DNA of 64,000 nucleotides from Thecamonas trahens ATCC 50062 (GCF_000142905.1 NW_013657655.1:372285-436284), one strand, 5' to 3'; positions 21,537 to 32,820 are shown, numbered from the stretch's first letter. Notes: generated from the letters alone by a model not told the origin. Numbers and translations are program-made.

Positions 21537-23810
21537 ATGTCCAAGTCTGCTCGTCGCCAGGACCAGATGGGCATGCTGATGCAGCACGCCGGAAGCCAGG
21601 ACTCGCCGGCTGGAAAGTCGTTCAAGAAGTCGGCGACGGTGTCGTCGCCGGTGCGGCGGACGGCCCGTCGTCGGTCGACCATGCGGTCGATTCTGGGCGG
21701 CGGCGCGTCGCCACTGCCTGTGGTTGCGCCCGAGTCGGTGCTCGATTCGAACGAGAACGACGAGAATGTGCTCTCGCTCAAGATGGAGGACCTGACAGTG
21801 AGCGAGAACGAGACGGCGCCGGCGAGCAAGCCGTTTGACGGCGCCACGTCGCTCTTCCTCGACAGCGACTCGTCGCGGGTGCTCTCGTCGTCGCTGCAGA
21901 ACTCGTCGATCCAGAGCCTGATGGGCGAGCTCAACTCGGAGAAGGTGTTGCTCGGCAAGACCCAGGCCAAGCTCGAGGTGGTGGAGGAGTCGTACGCCGC
22001 GCTTCGCACTGACCACATTGAGCTGCAGGCCAAGTTCCGTGAGCTCGACCTCAAGTATGAGGGCGCCAAGACCGAGGCTGCCGAGGCGAGCAAGGCCGCC
22101 GCCCGCGAGAGCACCAAGCGCCGCAAGCTCGCCGACAAGTACCGTGAGCTCGAGGCCGAGACCAAGTCGATGGCGGAGCAGACCTCGTCGCGCATCGCGT
22201 TTGTTGAGGCCGAGCTTGCGCGTGAGCACAAGCTTCGCATCAAGATGGAGATGCAGCTCGACTCCGAGTCGCGCGCGCTGAGCTCATCCAAGATGGCGCT
22301 GTCTGAGGCCCAGGCCGAGTCAGCTGCGGCGGTCTCAACTACCCGTGCTGCCGAGGCCGAAGGCGCCGGCGCCAAGGCTGCGGTTGCCAAGGCCTCGTCG
22401 GCCATCGAGGCGATCAGCGCTCAGCTGGCGGCCGAGCAGTCGGCCAAGGCTAAGCTCGCAGCCGAGCTCGCCGAGGTCAAGGCCGAGCTGCGGGCGTCGA
22501 TCGACTCGCGCGACGCAACTATCGCCGACCTTGAGGCACAGCTTGTGGCGGCCACCAAGTCGTCACTCTCGGCGTCGGTGGCGGCAGAGACCGCGTCCAA
22601 GGGCCTCGCATCGTCGATGACCGCCTCGGCCGCGCTGGTCCAGGAGAGCGCAGCAACTGCTGAGCGTGCCAATCGCGAGGCTACCAATGCAGCGACGCTA
22701 CAGGCCATGCTTGAGGAGGCACTTGAGACGCTCGAGTCGACCCAGATCGCGCTCGAGGAGACTGCGGCTGACAAAGCTGATGTTGCCGCCAAGCTCGCCG
22801 AGACGCAGACCTCGCGGTACGAGGCGGTCAAAGCTGCCGAGGCTGCCACGACGCACGCCGAGGCGCTTGCCATGCAGGTCGGCCGTCTCGAGACTGCCAA
22901 CACTGCGCTCGAGAGCCAGCTGAGTGAGGCACAAGCGTCGCTGCAGGCTGCTGCGGCGGCCGGCTTTACCCAGGCCACCGAGGCCGTCGAGGCGCAGGCG
23001 GCGTCCAACGCAACGCTGACTGCACTCGAGGACAAGGTCAAGATGCTGAGCCAGGCCAACGAGGACCTGCAGCTGAGCAACGACCATGCTCGCCGCGAAA
23101 TTGAGATGCTCTCTGCGGCCAAGGCCGAGGTCCAGGCTGCGCTCACCGAGGCCATCGCGGCCTGCGACGCTGCCACCGCCGCCGGCGCCAAGGCTGCCGA
23201 GGAGGCCGAGGTCCGCCGTGGTGCCGAGGCACGCGCCGAGGCCCTCCTGGAGCAGATGAGCAAGACGCTCGAGGCGACCAAGGCGAAGGCCGCCGAGGCC
23301 GCGGCCAGTGCTGCTGCGGCGACCGCCAAGGTTGTCTCGCTTGAGGCCGATCTCGCAGCGTCCGAGGCCGCCCGGGCCAAGCTTGCCGAGAAGGGCGAGC
23401 AGGAGGTCGATCTCGCGAACAAGGCTGCGGCGCGTGCTGTCGACTCGGTCCGTGATGTTGAGGCCTCGCTCAAGGCGACGTCGACCAAGCTGGTGTGCGA
23501 GATCGAGGCAGCCAAGGCTGTCGAGATCGATGCCAAGGTCACCGCCCAGGAGGCCGAGCGCCTCGAGCACGATCGCGCCGTTGAGGCCAAGCGCGCCGCA
23601 GCGGCCAAGGCCGAGCTTGAGGCCCGCATGGCCGAATGGCAGGCAACGTCTGCGCTTCTCGACTCGGCGACCAAGGACGCCGAGGCCCGCGCCGAGCACG
23701 AGCGCAAGGCCCGTCTCGCTGCCGAGGGCCAGCTCGATCGCCTCGAGAAGGAGATCGTGGCCTCGCCGTCGGCCCGCCCCCGCCGCTCCTCGCGCCTCCG
23801 CCGCAACTAA
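21537..23810 (+). CDS. Long coiled-coil protein of unknown function
   Basis: 757-aa ORF with a Ser/Pro-rich head, about 600 aa of heptad-rich A/E/K sequence, and a tail SPSARPRRSSRLRRN. Confidence 0.8.
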   Translation: MSKSARRQDQMGMLMQHAGSQDSPAGKSFKKSATVSSPVRRTARRRSTMRSILGGGASPLPVVAPESVLDSNENDENVLSLKMEDLTVSENETAPASKPFDGATSLFLDSDSSRVLSSSLQNSSIQSLMGELNSEKVLLGKTQAKLEVVEESYAALRTDHIELQAKFRELDLKYEGAKTEAAEASKAAARESTKRRKLADKYRELEAETKSMAEQTSSRIAFVEAELAREHKLRIKMEMQLDSESRALSSSKMALSEAQAESAAAVSTTRAAEAEGAGAKAAVAKASSAIEAISAQLAAEQSAKAKLAAELAEVKAELRASIDSRDATIADLEAQLVAATKSSLSASVAAETASKGLASSMTASAALVQESAATAERANREATNAATLQAMLEEALETLESTQIALEETAADKADVAAKLAETQTSRYEAVKAAEAATTHAEALAMQVGRLETANTALESQLSEAQASLQAAAAAGFTQATEAVEAQAASNATLTALEDKVKMLSQANEDLQLSNDHARREIEMLSAAKAEVQAALTEAIAACDAATAAGAKAAEEAEVRRGAEARAEALLEQMSKTLEATKAKAAEAAASAAAATAKVVSLEADLAASEAARAKLAEKGEQEVDLANKAAARAVDSVRDVEASLKATSTKLVCEIEAAKAVEIDAKVTAQEAERLEHDRAVEAKRAAAAKAELEARMAEWQATSALLDSATKDAEARAEHERKARLAAEGQLDRLEKEIVASPSARPRRSSRLRRN

Positions 23811-23969
23811 CTGGACTGGCTTTCCGTTCTTCCCGTGTACAATGAATAATCCGAACACAGCAGGGTGCATGCAGCTGGGTTGGCGTCTAGCGGCCACTTG
23901 ACGCACACCGTGCTCCGGCTGGTTGGGAGGGAGCAGCCAGGCGGGAGCGGAGCGAAAGGGCGCGGCGGC

Positions 23970-26830
23970 ATGTGGGACGAGCGGTTTGAGAGTGGCGAAG
24001 TGCTTGGTATTGGCTTTGTGTGGGTGTGTCTGGTGGTGCCCACGGTGGCTGTTCTCTATCTCCTCGGCTGGCTCCTCTCGACGGCGGGCGGACTGCTGGC
24101 AACGCGACTCGGCGCCACGGCATGCGTCGGTCTCGGCACGCTTGGTCTGTGGATATCATGGCGACGGGCAGCTGCACGGGACACACATGTGTCGTCATCA
24201 ATGGTAATGGTGAGTTTGGCGGCACACGGCTCGCTCTCGGCCACGAACTCGCGGCTGGTTGCTCCAGTCGATGTGCTCCGTCCGGGCGAGCCAACAGCGA
24301 TCGTCGTCAAACTTGCCACTGCTGACGGGGCGGGGGTGGTTGCGAAGGATGTTGGCGGCTTGGGCGCAGGAGCCAACGGTGCGGCAGCTGGGCGCGGCCC
24401 GTATGCCACCGCTGAAGAGGGTGCCGGCGGCGATGGCGAGGGTGAGGCCGGAATCGAGGGCGTTGTCCCTCGGCATGTGGCTGCGCTTGGGCTTGGCATC
24501 GCGGTCCAGCGCGCGGCGAGCGCGGTTGAAAGCGGCGGGCCGCATGTCGGGGGCAAGGGCGGCGGAGTGCTCGAGTCGGTGGCGCTGCGTGAGGACGGGG
24601 CGGTCGCCGTTGTCCTCTCGCCACGAGTGGCGGGCATGTACCGGCTGGTAGCCACGCTGCACGGGGTGCCTGTCACCGGCTCACCGCTGGAGCTGGAGGT
24701 GGCACCGGGCACGATCGACGTGCGCGGGTGTGTGGTTGGCGGCGATGGCCTTGGCCCTGCGCCGCTGGTGGTCTTCCGCGAGGCTCGAGTGACGATCGAA
24801 GCACGCGATGGGTACCACAACCGGATCTTTGCGGCGGCGCGTCGGAGGCCATGTCGTTCAACCTTGATGGTTGTGAAGCGTACGAGGCCCGGCTCGATGA
24901 CTACCACAACGGGCTCTATGCCCTTGTCTTTACGGTCCACGCCGAAGGCGTCTTTACCGGCCGGCTCCTGCTCGACGGCGAGAGTCTGGCGACGTGGAAC
25001 GTGGTGGTGCTGAGTGTGACGCAGGCTGCGGCACTGCGGGAGGCCCTGACGCCCCCGCTCACCGCTCGGTCGGCGATTTCTGCGCTCTCGGCATCGCTCA
25101 AGCACGGACTCACCATGTCCGAGCCTGCGACGCCGTCCGAGGCCTCGGTCGGCAAGGTCGGCGGAAGCAGCTTTGACTCTGGCGAGAGCGGCATGGTCGG
25201 GCGAACGCTCTCGGCAACATCGCTGGTTGGGCTGGAGGCCGAAGCGAGCAGCGGTGGCAGCGGCGGCGTGGTCTCCAAGGTTGCGTTCAAGGTTGTGCTG
25301 CACTCTGCGTCGCTGACGACGATGGTGGTGGACGAGCGGCTGGCGGTCATGGGGAGCTCGGGCGATGAGGTGGTTGTGGAGGAAAGCGAGGTGTTGAAGC
25401 TAGTCATCACGCCGCGACGACTGCTACTCAAGCGGTATGTGCTGCTTGGCCTTGTGCCGCAGCGTGTGGCTAAGATGCGGCTCGGGCGCGGGGCGAGGCT
25501 TGTGCTTGACCCCGGGTCGCAGACCGAGTTCACGATCTCCAACTCGCGTGAGTCGCTGCGGATGGCGGTTGTGAGGCACGAGGAGCGCGAGGTGCTATAC
25601 GGCGCGTTTGTGGCGCTGCAGGCGGCAGCGGAGGAACGCGGCGGACGTGAGCACGCAGCGGCGGCACTCGAGGCCAAAACCGCGGCGTTGTACGCCGAGT
25701 TGCAGGCACAGCACGCGCGGGCGGCGCGCGAGTCGGGTGTCGTCAAGTGGGTCAATCTCAGCCTGCAGGTTGAGGGCGATGCCAGCGAGTCACTGCCTGA
25801 GACGCTGGCGGGACTCTGGCCGGCGGCGGTGCGTGAGCTCGGTGGCCTGCGCAGCTCCAAGTGGCGCAAGCGTTTCCGTCTTCGTGGCGCAAGCTCGTTT
25901 GTAGGCTGGGCAGCAGCGCTTGCGTCGCACGCTTTGGGCAGCGGCGCGCTGGGCCTCTTTGAGCGGACGGGACGAACAGCGCATCCGCAAGCGGGGCGGA
26001 CAAGCGGGAGCAAGAGCGGGCTCGCGGCGCTGCGGCTGTGCGGGCGGCTGGCAGCCAAGATTGTGTACGACGGAGCGGTTCACGGAGCGAGCGAGGTCGG
26101 GCGGCGCGAGCTGGGCGTCCCGCTCTCGCTCTCACTGCGGCGGCTTGTGGTCGGGCTCCCGGTGACGGCCGAGTGCCTTGCGGTCGACGCGCCGATGGTG
26201 TACGCCGAGCAAGTCCTCCCGCTGGCGTTCAACGATGCGTCGGCAAGCTCTGCGATGGCGTTTACCATCCGCGACGGCGAGACGGAGGTCGAGCTTGTCC
26301 CTGATGGGGCGAGCCACGCGGTGACCGAGCGCAACAAGGAGTGGTATCTTGCGCTGCTGGCGCACTACTGGGCCGTGACGCGTGTGGAGAAGCAGGTGAT
26401 GGCGTTTCTAGAAGGCTTCTACGAGCTTGTGCCGGCCGAGCTGGTCATCGGCATCGACGAGTGCGAGCTCGAGGTTCTCCTGCACGGTCTCCCGCGGGTG
26501 GAAGTGCGCCGGTTGCAGAGTGCGGCAGTGTATGCAGCGCCGGAGCGACTGAGCAGTGGGAGTGAGGTGGCGGCCTGGGTTTGGGACGCTGTTGACGCCT
26601 TTGCGCCGCTCGACCAGGCCCGGTTCCTCCACTTTGTCCTCGGGACCTGCGTCATCGACGACTCTGCCGATCCTGGCAGCGTAGCCGTTGTTCTCGCACC
26701 TGCAGATGGCTCGGTATTTGCCGCTCGCCGAGTTGTTCGCACCCTTGACGTCCCGGTCGACATGCTCTCCTCCTACCACGATGTGTACGATGCGCTCCTG
26801 GCAGCCATCTACGACGACCGAGACAGTTGA
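23970..26830 (+). CDS. AREL1/KIAA0317-like protein: TM, filamin repeats and HECT-like domain; frameshift at about 24830; no visible catalytic Cys
   Basis: N-terminal hydrophobic segments. Filamin motifs (PRVAGMYRLVATLHGVPVTGSP; RDGYHNRI..GG...DYHNGLY). HECT motifs (VELVPDGASHAVTERNKEWYL, FLEGFYELVP, ELEVLLHG, WVWDAV...RFLHFVLGT). Confidence 0.8.
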
Positions 26831-27208
26831 TGGGAGAGAGGCTTTATGCGTGTGTGCGTATGTGTGTGTGTGTGTGGGGGGCTGTTGGGGGGTGCAGGAC
26901 ATAAAATTGTACAACCTCGATCCGTTGGCCCCGGCGCACCGTGGCCGCCTCGGCGCCCATCCAGCCAGTGCGGCGAGTAGAGCGCGCGCGAGGCAAAGGG
27001 CGAGGTCGAGACAAAGGCAAAAGACCACACTTGTCGACCGACAAGAGGCGAGCGAGCAAGCAGCGCGTGCGCAAGAGTGGGCAGAGAGAGACGTTCCTGG
27101 CACTGTCTGTGTCGTGGGCTTTGATTGAGCTGTGGCTTGCTGTCGCTTGTTGTGGCAGCTGAGTGAGCGGTGAGCTCTGTGTGTGTGTGTTTGTGTGTGT
27201 GTGTGATC

Positions 27209-27994
27209 ATGCTGAGGCTCGGACGACGGGCGCTGGTGGCGTACAATGCTGCGCTGGCGGCGCATCCGTTCAAGACAAATCTGGCTACGGCTGGAGTGGC
27301 TACCTTTCTGGGCGATGTGCTGGCGCAGCATGTGGAGCACTTTCGGGGCGTGAAGAGAAAGAGCCACGGGAACGGCGATGGCGGCGATGGCAGCTGCAAC
27401 GACGCGATGGGCGCGACCGGTGCGACGTGCGCGACGGGTGTGGAGGCCAAGCTCGCTGGGATGCAGGTTGTGGAGGCTGTGGAGGCCGTGAACGGCGGAA
27501 TGGGCGGGGCAGGCGGTGGGCGGTGGGCGATGGTTGCGGACAAGATGGCGACGATGGAGCTGGATTGGACGCGGACGGCGGTGATGACATCGTGGGGCGC
27601 GACGCTGTACGCTGGCATTTGGCTGCCGTGGTACAAGATCATGGACAAGACGGTGACGTTTACGCGGCCGGTTGTTGCTGCGGCGGCGCTCAAGTCTGGA
27701 CTGACCGCGCTGATTGCGGCGCCAGTGGCAAACACGGTCTTTTTCAGCTATGTCACAACAGTCGAGTACATGCTGGAAAGCGAGGAGGAGCGTGCCGGCA
27801 AGGCTGCGCTCAGCGATCGAGTGGTGGCCAAGCTTGATGCCGAGCTGCTGAACACTTGGGCGTCGTCGGCTAAGCTCTGGGGACCGGTCATGACGCTCAA
27901 CTGGTGGATTGTGCCGATGCAATACCGGTTCATTGTCTCTGTCTTTGTCTCTGTGGGGTGGAACACGTTCCTCTCGTTGGTCCAGCATCGTTGA
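27209..27994 (+). CDS. Mpv17/PMP22 family membrane protein
   Basis: YNAALAAHPFKTN...GDVLAQ, DWTRT, LWGPVMTLNWWIVPMQYR...WNTFLS. Confidence 0.92.
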   Translation: MLRLGRRALVAYNAALAAHPFKTNLATAGVATFLGDVLAQHVEHFRGVKRKSHGNGDGGDGSCNDAMGATGATCATGVEAKLAGMQVVEAVEAVNGGMGGAGGGRWAMVADKMATMELDWTRTAVMTSWGATLYAGIWLPWYKIMDKTVTFTRPVVAAAALKSGLTALIAAPVANTVFFSYVTTVEYMLESEEERAGKAALSDRVVAKLDAELLNTWASSAKLWGPVMTLNWWIVPMQYRFIVSVFVSVGWNTFLSLVQHR

Positions 27995-28025
27995 GGATGT
28001 AAAGCAATAAAGAGGTGGACAGGCA

Positions 28026-30317
28026 CTATGCGCGCGGGAGCTTGCCTTGGGCGCGGAGCAGCTTCTCCCGGGCGGCCTGGTAGCGCAGGATCTCATCATC
28101 GGCCTCCTTGTTGCCGGTGAGCGGGAGCGGCGAGGTGGGCGGGGGAGTGGGCGAGGCCCGCGAGGCTTGCGACGGCGAGGCGGGATGCGAGGCGGCCTGG
28201 GCGCGGGTGGCGAGGGTAAGGTAGTAGACTTCAAAGTCCTGCGACATCTTGACGCGGTTCTTCTCCATCAGCAGCTGAAGGTGCTCGATCTCGCGGCGGA
28301 GATCCTTGAGCTTGTAGAACGCGCGCTTGTACTTTGCCTTTTCCTTCTCGACGGCGACCTTGAGGCGAGCCTCCTCCGAGTCGGGCGCCGAAGTGTTGGG
28401 CGCGTCGGGGTGGACGTCGTCGTCGAGGATGCCCTGCATAGCGCGCTCGACTCGGAGCTGCTCGATCATGGCCTTCACACCGTTGATGGACTGGCGCGAG
28501 GCGTTAACCTCTTCGCCGAGCGCCTTGGCCTCGGCGTACTTGTCCTTGAGCAGCTCTTGGTTGGAGGCGAGCCACTCGGTGTTAGCATACGAGGCCTTAA
28601 ACGCCTCAAAGGCCTCGTCGCGTGAGGGCAGGGCCGGCTCGGAGCTTGGCTCAGGCTCAGGCTCGCTGGAAGGGAGGTCGACGCGCACGGCTTGCACCGG
28701 GGCGGAATTTTCGGCGTCGGCCTTGGTGGTGGCGGGGTGGGCGGCGGCGGACGGCGGCGAAGGACCCGAGGTGACGGCAGAGCGCGAGTTGTAGTACCCG
28801 AGAGCCGGGGTCTGGGTGGTGGCCTCTGCCGAAGATCGGGCGGCCGAGGCGAGGACAGGCTCTGCTTTGGCCTTTTCGACCATGCCCATAAGGATCTCGA
28901 TCTCGGCGTCACGCTGCTTGAGCACGCCCTTGAGTTTGCGGTACTTGGCGGCGAGGTGGGCGTCGTGCGGGGCGCTGCTCGGCGCAGGGCTTGCCGATGG
29001 AAGAGCACCCGCGCCGGGCTGGAGGGCCAGCGACTTGAAGACGGCGTAGGCTTCGCGGATGAGGATCATTTCGACAAAGGGAAGGGCGGCGTCAGGCGAG
29101 GTGTCTGCAATGTAGGCGCGGACAGCAGCGGCGACGCGGGCACGCTCCGAGTCTGTGATGGGCCCGCGGTCGGCATCACGGCCTGTGGCGAGAGCAAGCT
29201 CCTCCTTGAGGTGGCGGACCTCGGCCTTGAGGCGCTTGATGATGACGTCTGGGTTGAGCTCCTCGTTGATGCGGACGGTGTTTGTGATTTGCGCGACGCG
29301 CGAGGCGAAGCGGCAGGTGGAGATTGACTCGAGGAGGCACGGCTCGTCAAAGTTGAGGGTGGCAATCATGACAGTCATGCAGTTGCCGCCAAGCGAGTCG
29401 CGGAGAACGGTGGTCATCATCGAGTTGCGATAGGGGATGTGGTTGCGGCCCTTTGTAGCGCGCTCGCGGAGGGCCATGATAACGAGCTCGAGGTGATGGA
29501 GCGAGACGTTGATGTACTTGGCCTCGGTGAGGAGCTGGCCCTGGACGCCGGTGCGGCCGACGCGCTCGGAACCGGCAAGATCAACCAGGTGGAGCTTTGA
29601 GGCGCGGACGGTGTCCTCGCCGTCTTTGGAGGCGGTGACGGCGACGGTGAAGATACAGTGCGAGCGTGACGAGGCGTCATTGAGCGGGGTTTCTGCGATC
29701 ATGCGGGTGGTGTCGCCGAGAAATAGCAGGTTGAGCGCCTCCTCCTCTGAGTTGGCCTGATGAGCCGAGAGGTTGCGGAGGAGAATGGCGCCGTTCTCGG
29801 CCTCTTGGACCACGACCTGCGGCAGATCCTCCAGCGAGGTCGACTCGCGGGTGGGATTGAGCAGATCGTACCCGGTGTTGTTGTAGATCTCCAAGTACGA
29901 GATGTGGGCCGAGTAGTGTGTGGTAGGATCGTCGGCAAACGAGTCAAAGAGGAGCGAGAGGGCGCGCGGAATGATGCCACGGGCAGCGTACGACTCTGGC
30001 CCTCCGGTCATGGTGTAGGTCTTGCCCGAGCCAGTCTGACCGTAGGCAAACAAGGTAGCGTTGTAGCCCTCGAGCACATGCTTGACAGACTTGGCCGCCA
30101 CCTTTTCAAACACTTCATCTTGCTTGGTATCTGCGTCCAGGATGTCGGTAAAGCCAAACTCGTACGTCTCTCGGAGGTTCTGTGGCGCAGAAGGGTCAGC
30201 CACCCGCGGGACGGCGACACGGAGGCGCTTGTCGAGGGCGTCGACAGAGTAGAGACTGCTGGCTCGCCCGGGTGATGGCCGGATGCGGCAGTAGGTGCGG
30301 ATGGCAGAGTGGGCCAT
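28026..30317 (-). CDS. KIF6: Kinesin-9 family motor, KIF6-like (true start MAHSAIRTYCRIRP)
   Basis: FAYGQTGSGKT, SYLEIYN, ETPLNDASSRSHCIFT, LVDLAGSER, HIPYRNSMMT; C-terminal LTGNKEADDEILRY typical of KIF6. Confidence 0.9.
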   Translation of the reverse strand: MAHSAIRTYCRIRPSPGRASSLYSVDALDKRLRVAVPRVADPSAPQNLRETYEFGFTDILDADTKQDEVFEKVAAKSVKHVLEGYNATLFAYGQTGSGKTYTMTGGPESYAARGIIPRALSLLFDSFADDPTTHYSAHISYLEIYNNTGYDLLNPTRESTSLEDLPQVVVQEAENGAILLRNLSAHQANSEEEALNLLFLGDTTRMIAETPLNDASSRSHCIFTVAVTASKDGEDTVRASKLHLVDLAGSERVGRTGVQGQLLTEAKYINVSLHHLELVIMALRERATKGRNHIPYRNSMMTTVLRDSLGGNCMTVMIATLNFDEPCLLESISTCRFASRVAQITNTVRINEELNPDVIIKRLKAEVRHLKEELALATGRDADRGPITDSERARVAAAVRAYIADTSPDAALPFVEMILIREAYAVFKSLALQPGAGALPSASPAPSSAPHDAHLAAKYRKLKGVLKQRDAEIEILMGMVEKAKAEPVLASAARSSAEATTQTPALGYYNSRSAVTSGPSPPSAAAHPATTKADAENSAPVQAVRVDLPSSEPEPEPSSEPALPSRDEAFEAFKASYANTEWLASNQELLKDKYAEAKALGEEVNASRQSINGVKAMIEQLRVERAMQGILDDDVHPDAPNTSAPDSEEARLKVAVEKEKAKYKRAFYKLKDLRREIEHLQLLMEKNRVKMSQDFEVYYLTLATRAQAASHPASPSQASRASPTPPPTSPLPLTGNKEADDEILRYQAAREKLLRAQGKLPRA

Positions 30318-30528
30318 GGACCTGTGCGTGTGGTGGTCGTGGTGTGTGTGGTGGTGGTGTGTGTGGTGGTGGTGGTGGGTGTCGTGGGTGGGGTGGGGGG
30401 GGGGGCAGGTGGCGCCAAGTTGAGTGTGTGTGGCGCGCGCCAGATTGGGCCGGCTGCTCGGCGGAGATGGGCGCCTACAATTCAATCGGGGGGGGGGGGG
30501 GGGAAGGAGATGATAGCGGAGGGCCGGA

Positions 30529-31878
30529 TCATGTGCGGAACCTCTGGCGGACGACGTGCTCGACAAGATAGGCGCCGTTGTGGGAGTCGGCAGCGGTAAG
30601 GGTGGCGTGGGAAGCGTCGATAGAGGCGTATGGCGAACAGTGGGCGGAGCAGGTGTAGACGACAATGTTGGCAAAGTCGATAAAGCCGTCTCCGGCCTCA
30701 AGGTCTGGGTGGAGGAGGTAGAAGAGAAGTTGTGGGAGGATCTGGAACTCAAAGACACGCGGAGCGCCGCAGGCGCCGCATGGCGGGACGTCCTCGGGAA
30801 CGGGCAGCGGATCGTCGCCAGAGACGGGCAGCGGCTCGCGGTCGGCGGCGAGGGCCGGCGAGGGCTCGTCGGCGTCGTCGACAAAGTAGCGGAGGACCTG
30901 GTCGGGGGCGATAGAGGTGCGGTCCTTGAAGGCGTTGTAGACAAAGTCCTGGTGGCCCACAAGGTCTGCGATGGCAGCCTCGACCGAGTTGGGCGCCGGC
31001 TCAGCGCCGTCGTCGCCAGCATCATTGTCGAGCGGAGCTGGCTCGCCACGCTTGCGGGCCCGGGCCTCTTCCTTTTCATACTCGGCGATGAGGCGCTCGA
31101 GGTGTTGGCGCTTCTCGACATCGCGCGGACGAATGGCCGACGTGGTAGCCGCAACCAGATCGTCCGACGGCTCGTCGACGGCGGCGTCGGCGGCGACGTC
31201 CTCTTCGGCCTCCATGACAAGCTCGTGTTCGGGAAAGACAAACGGCGAGACACCTGAGCGCTCGGCGACGACAATGTGGCCACCATCTGCGGCGGATGAG
31301 CTTGCGCCGGCCAGCGTACCGCACTCGGCGGCGTGGCCGCGGGCCCAGTCGTCGGCTTGGTGATGGCGGCCGCAGTAGGCGACGGCGGAGCACTTGCCGC
31401 AGCGCTTGGCCGGGACAGCGCGGCAGATGAGACAGACTTTGCCCTCGAGCTCGTCAGGCGTCAGCACAGCAGCGTTCAACTCGCCCTCGGGCCCATCGCG
31501 GGCATCAGCCATGTCCGCCACGTAGTACGGGTTGGCCAGTGGGAGCTGGCTCCGGACCACAGCCTGGGCGCCGGGCGCATCGTTGCATCCTCCGGCCTTG
31601 CAGGCAAAGACATACAGGGCGCGATGAAAGGCGGCGGCAACGTTGCGGCGAGGGGCATAGATCTGCAGCATGAACGCCATCTTCTTCCCGCAGTTGCCGC
31701 AGCAGAGCGCATCGGCAGCAGGCGTGGCGGCCGGGTCGAGCCACGCCGGAGCGCCGCCGACCTTATGGGGAAAGAACCCACGGGTGACGAGATCAGGGTG
31801 AGCCAGTGGCTCACAGAAAGCGAGTTGGATATGTGCTGAGCTCTCCACCTCCACTACGTCGGCTGACGTGGCGCTCAT
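30529..31878 (-). CDS. PDCD2: Programmed cell death protein 2 (MYND finger plus PDCD2_C; uS5 chaperone family)
   Basis: KVGGAPAWL, FMLQIYAP, FHRALYVFAC, RSQLPLANPYY, MYND (CLIC...CGKC...YCGRHHQADDW..GH...C), PDQVLRY, RVFEFQILPQLL, VYTCSAHC. Confidence 0.93.
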   Translation of the reverse strand: MSATSADVVEVESSAHIQLAFCEPLAHPDLVTRGFFPHKVGGAPAWLDPAATPAADALCCGNCGKKMAFMLQIYAPRRNVAAAFHRALYVFACKAGGCNDAPGAQAVVRSQLPLANPYYVADMADARDGPEGELNAAVLTPDELEGKVCLICRAVPAKRCGKCSAVAYCGRHHQADDWARGHAAECGTLAGASSSAADGGHIVVAERSGVSPFVFPEHELVMEAEEDVAADAAVDEPSDDLVAATTSAIRPRDVEKRQHLERLIAEYEKEEARARKRGEPAPLDNDAGDDGAEPAPNSVEAAIADLVGHQDFVYNAFKDRTSIAPDQVLRYFVDDADEPSPALAADREPLPVSGDDPLPVPEDVPPCGACGAPRVFEFQILPQLLFYLLHPDLEAGDGFIDFANIVVYTCSAHCSPYASIDASHATLTAADSHNGAYLVEHVVRQRFRT

Positions 31879-32296
31879 GGTCGGCAGGAGGTGGTGCTAC
31901 GACGAGTGTGTGATGGATGGGAGGATGTTGCCGAATGGAGTTCATTTGCGCCAAACAACCGCGCGTTGCGGGGTCCGTGCTCTTGCAGCGAAGCGGCGAT
32001 CGGAACTCGGCTGGTAGCCGGCGGGGCAGCCGGGCAGTAGTACAGGGAGGTAGCTGGAGTCGCGGCTGGAGGAGTGCGTGATGAAGAGAGGTATTGCCGG
32101 GGCGCAGTGTTGCGATCTGTAGAGCGATACTAGCTCACGCGCATCGAGTAGTGAGCGCAAACCGTCAGCGACGCACCCGCGCGGCTGACCAATCCCCTCA
32201 CATCGTCCCTATCTTTCACCCTAAGCCTGATTCCGCGACCGCACCTCGACCGCTGTACCTCCTCCACCTTTACCCCTCTTCCCTCCCATCGCCGCC

Positions 32297-32349
32297 CCGG
32301 AACCAAGCCCGCCGGAACCAAGCCCGCCGGAACCAAGCCCGCCGGAACC
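32297..32349 (+). repeat. 15-bp tandem repeat CCGGAACCAAGCCCG x3.5 in the divergent PDCD2/BRPF intergenic region
   Basis: Read directly from the sequence. Confidence 0.9.
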
Positions 32350-32412
32350 TCGCCAGCCAACAACCGTCGGTGCTCGTGATGGAAAGCAAGTGAAAAAAAG
32401 TGGCGAAAACTG

Positions 32413-32476
32413 GGTCGGCTGGTCGGCTGGTCGGCTGATCGGCTGGTCGGCTGGTCGGCTGGTCGGCTGGTCGGCC
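32413..32476 (+). repeat. 8-bp tandem repeat GGTCGGCT x8 (two variant copies)
   Basis: Read directly from the sequence. Confidence 0.9.
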
Positions 32477-32820
32477 GGCGGTAGCGGTAGCAGCGAGGGA
32501 GCCAACCGCTCCTCCTGCACTGGCTGGGGAAAGAGAATTCCTTCCCATGCGGACGACGCGGCGTTTGTCGGTGCAAACATTTCCAACTGCGCCGACCAAT
32601 GCTGACATACCGAACATCTACCCCATTGAGCCTCCGTTCTCCATGGAGGTCGAGGAGCTGATGTGCGTGACGTCTTTGCCGCTGGCTCCGGCTCCAGCTG
32701 CCGGTGGCGGTGCAAGTTCGGCGACAGCATCCACGGCTAGCGGACAGAGTGGCAGTGCCGGGCCGGTAGGGAGCGGAGCCGGCAGCTCGAGCAGCGGGAC
32801 AGGAGGAGGAGGAGGAGGGG

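Noticed and set aside
30318-31286. Apparent 323-aa N-terminal extension of the kinesin (ORF 28026-31286), suggesting a PDCD2-KIF6 overlap or fusion
   Set aside because: It is an alternate frame of PDCD2 plus a low-complexity spacer; kinesin homology begins at Met 30317.
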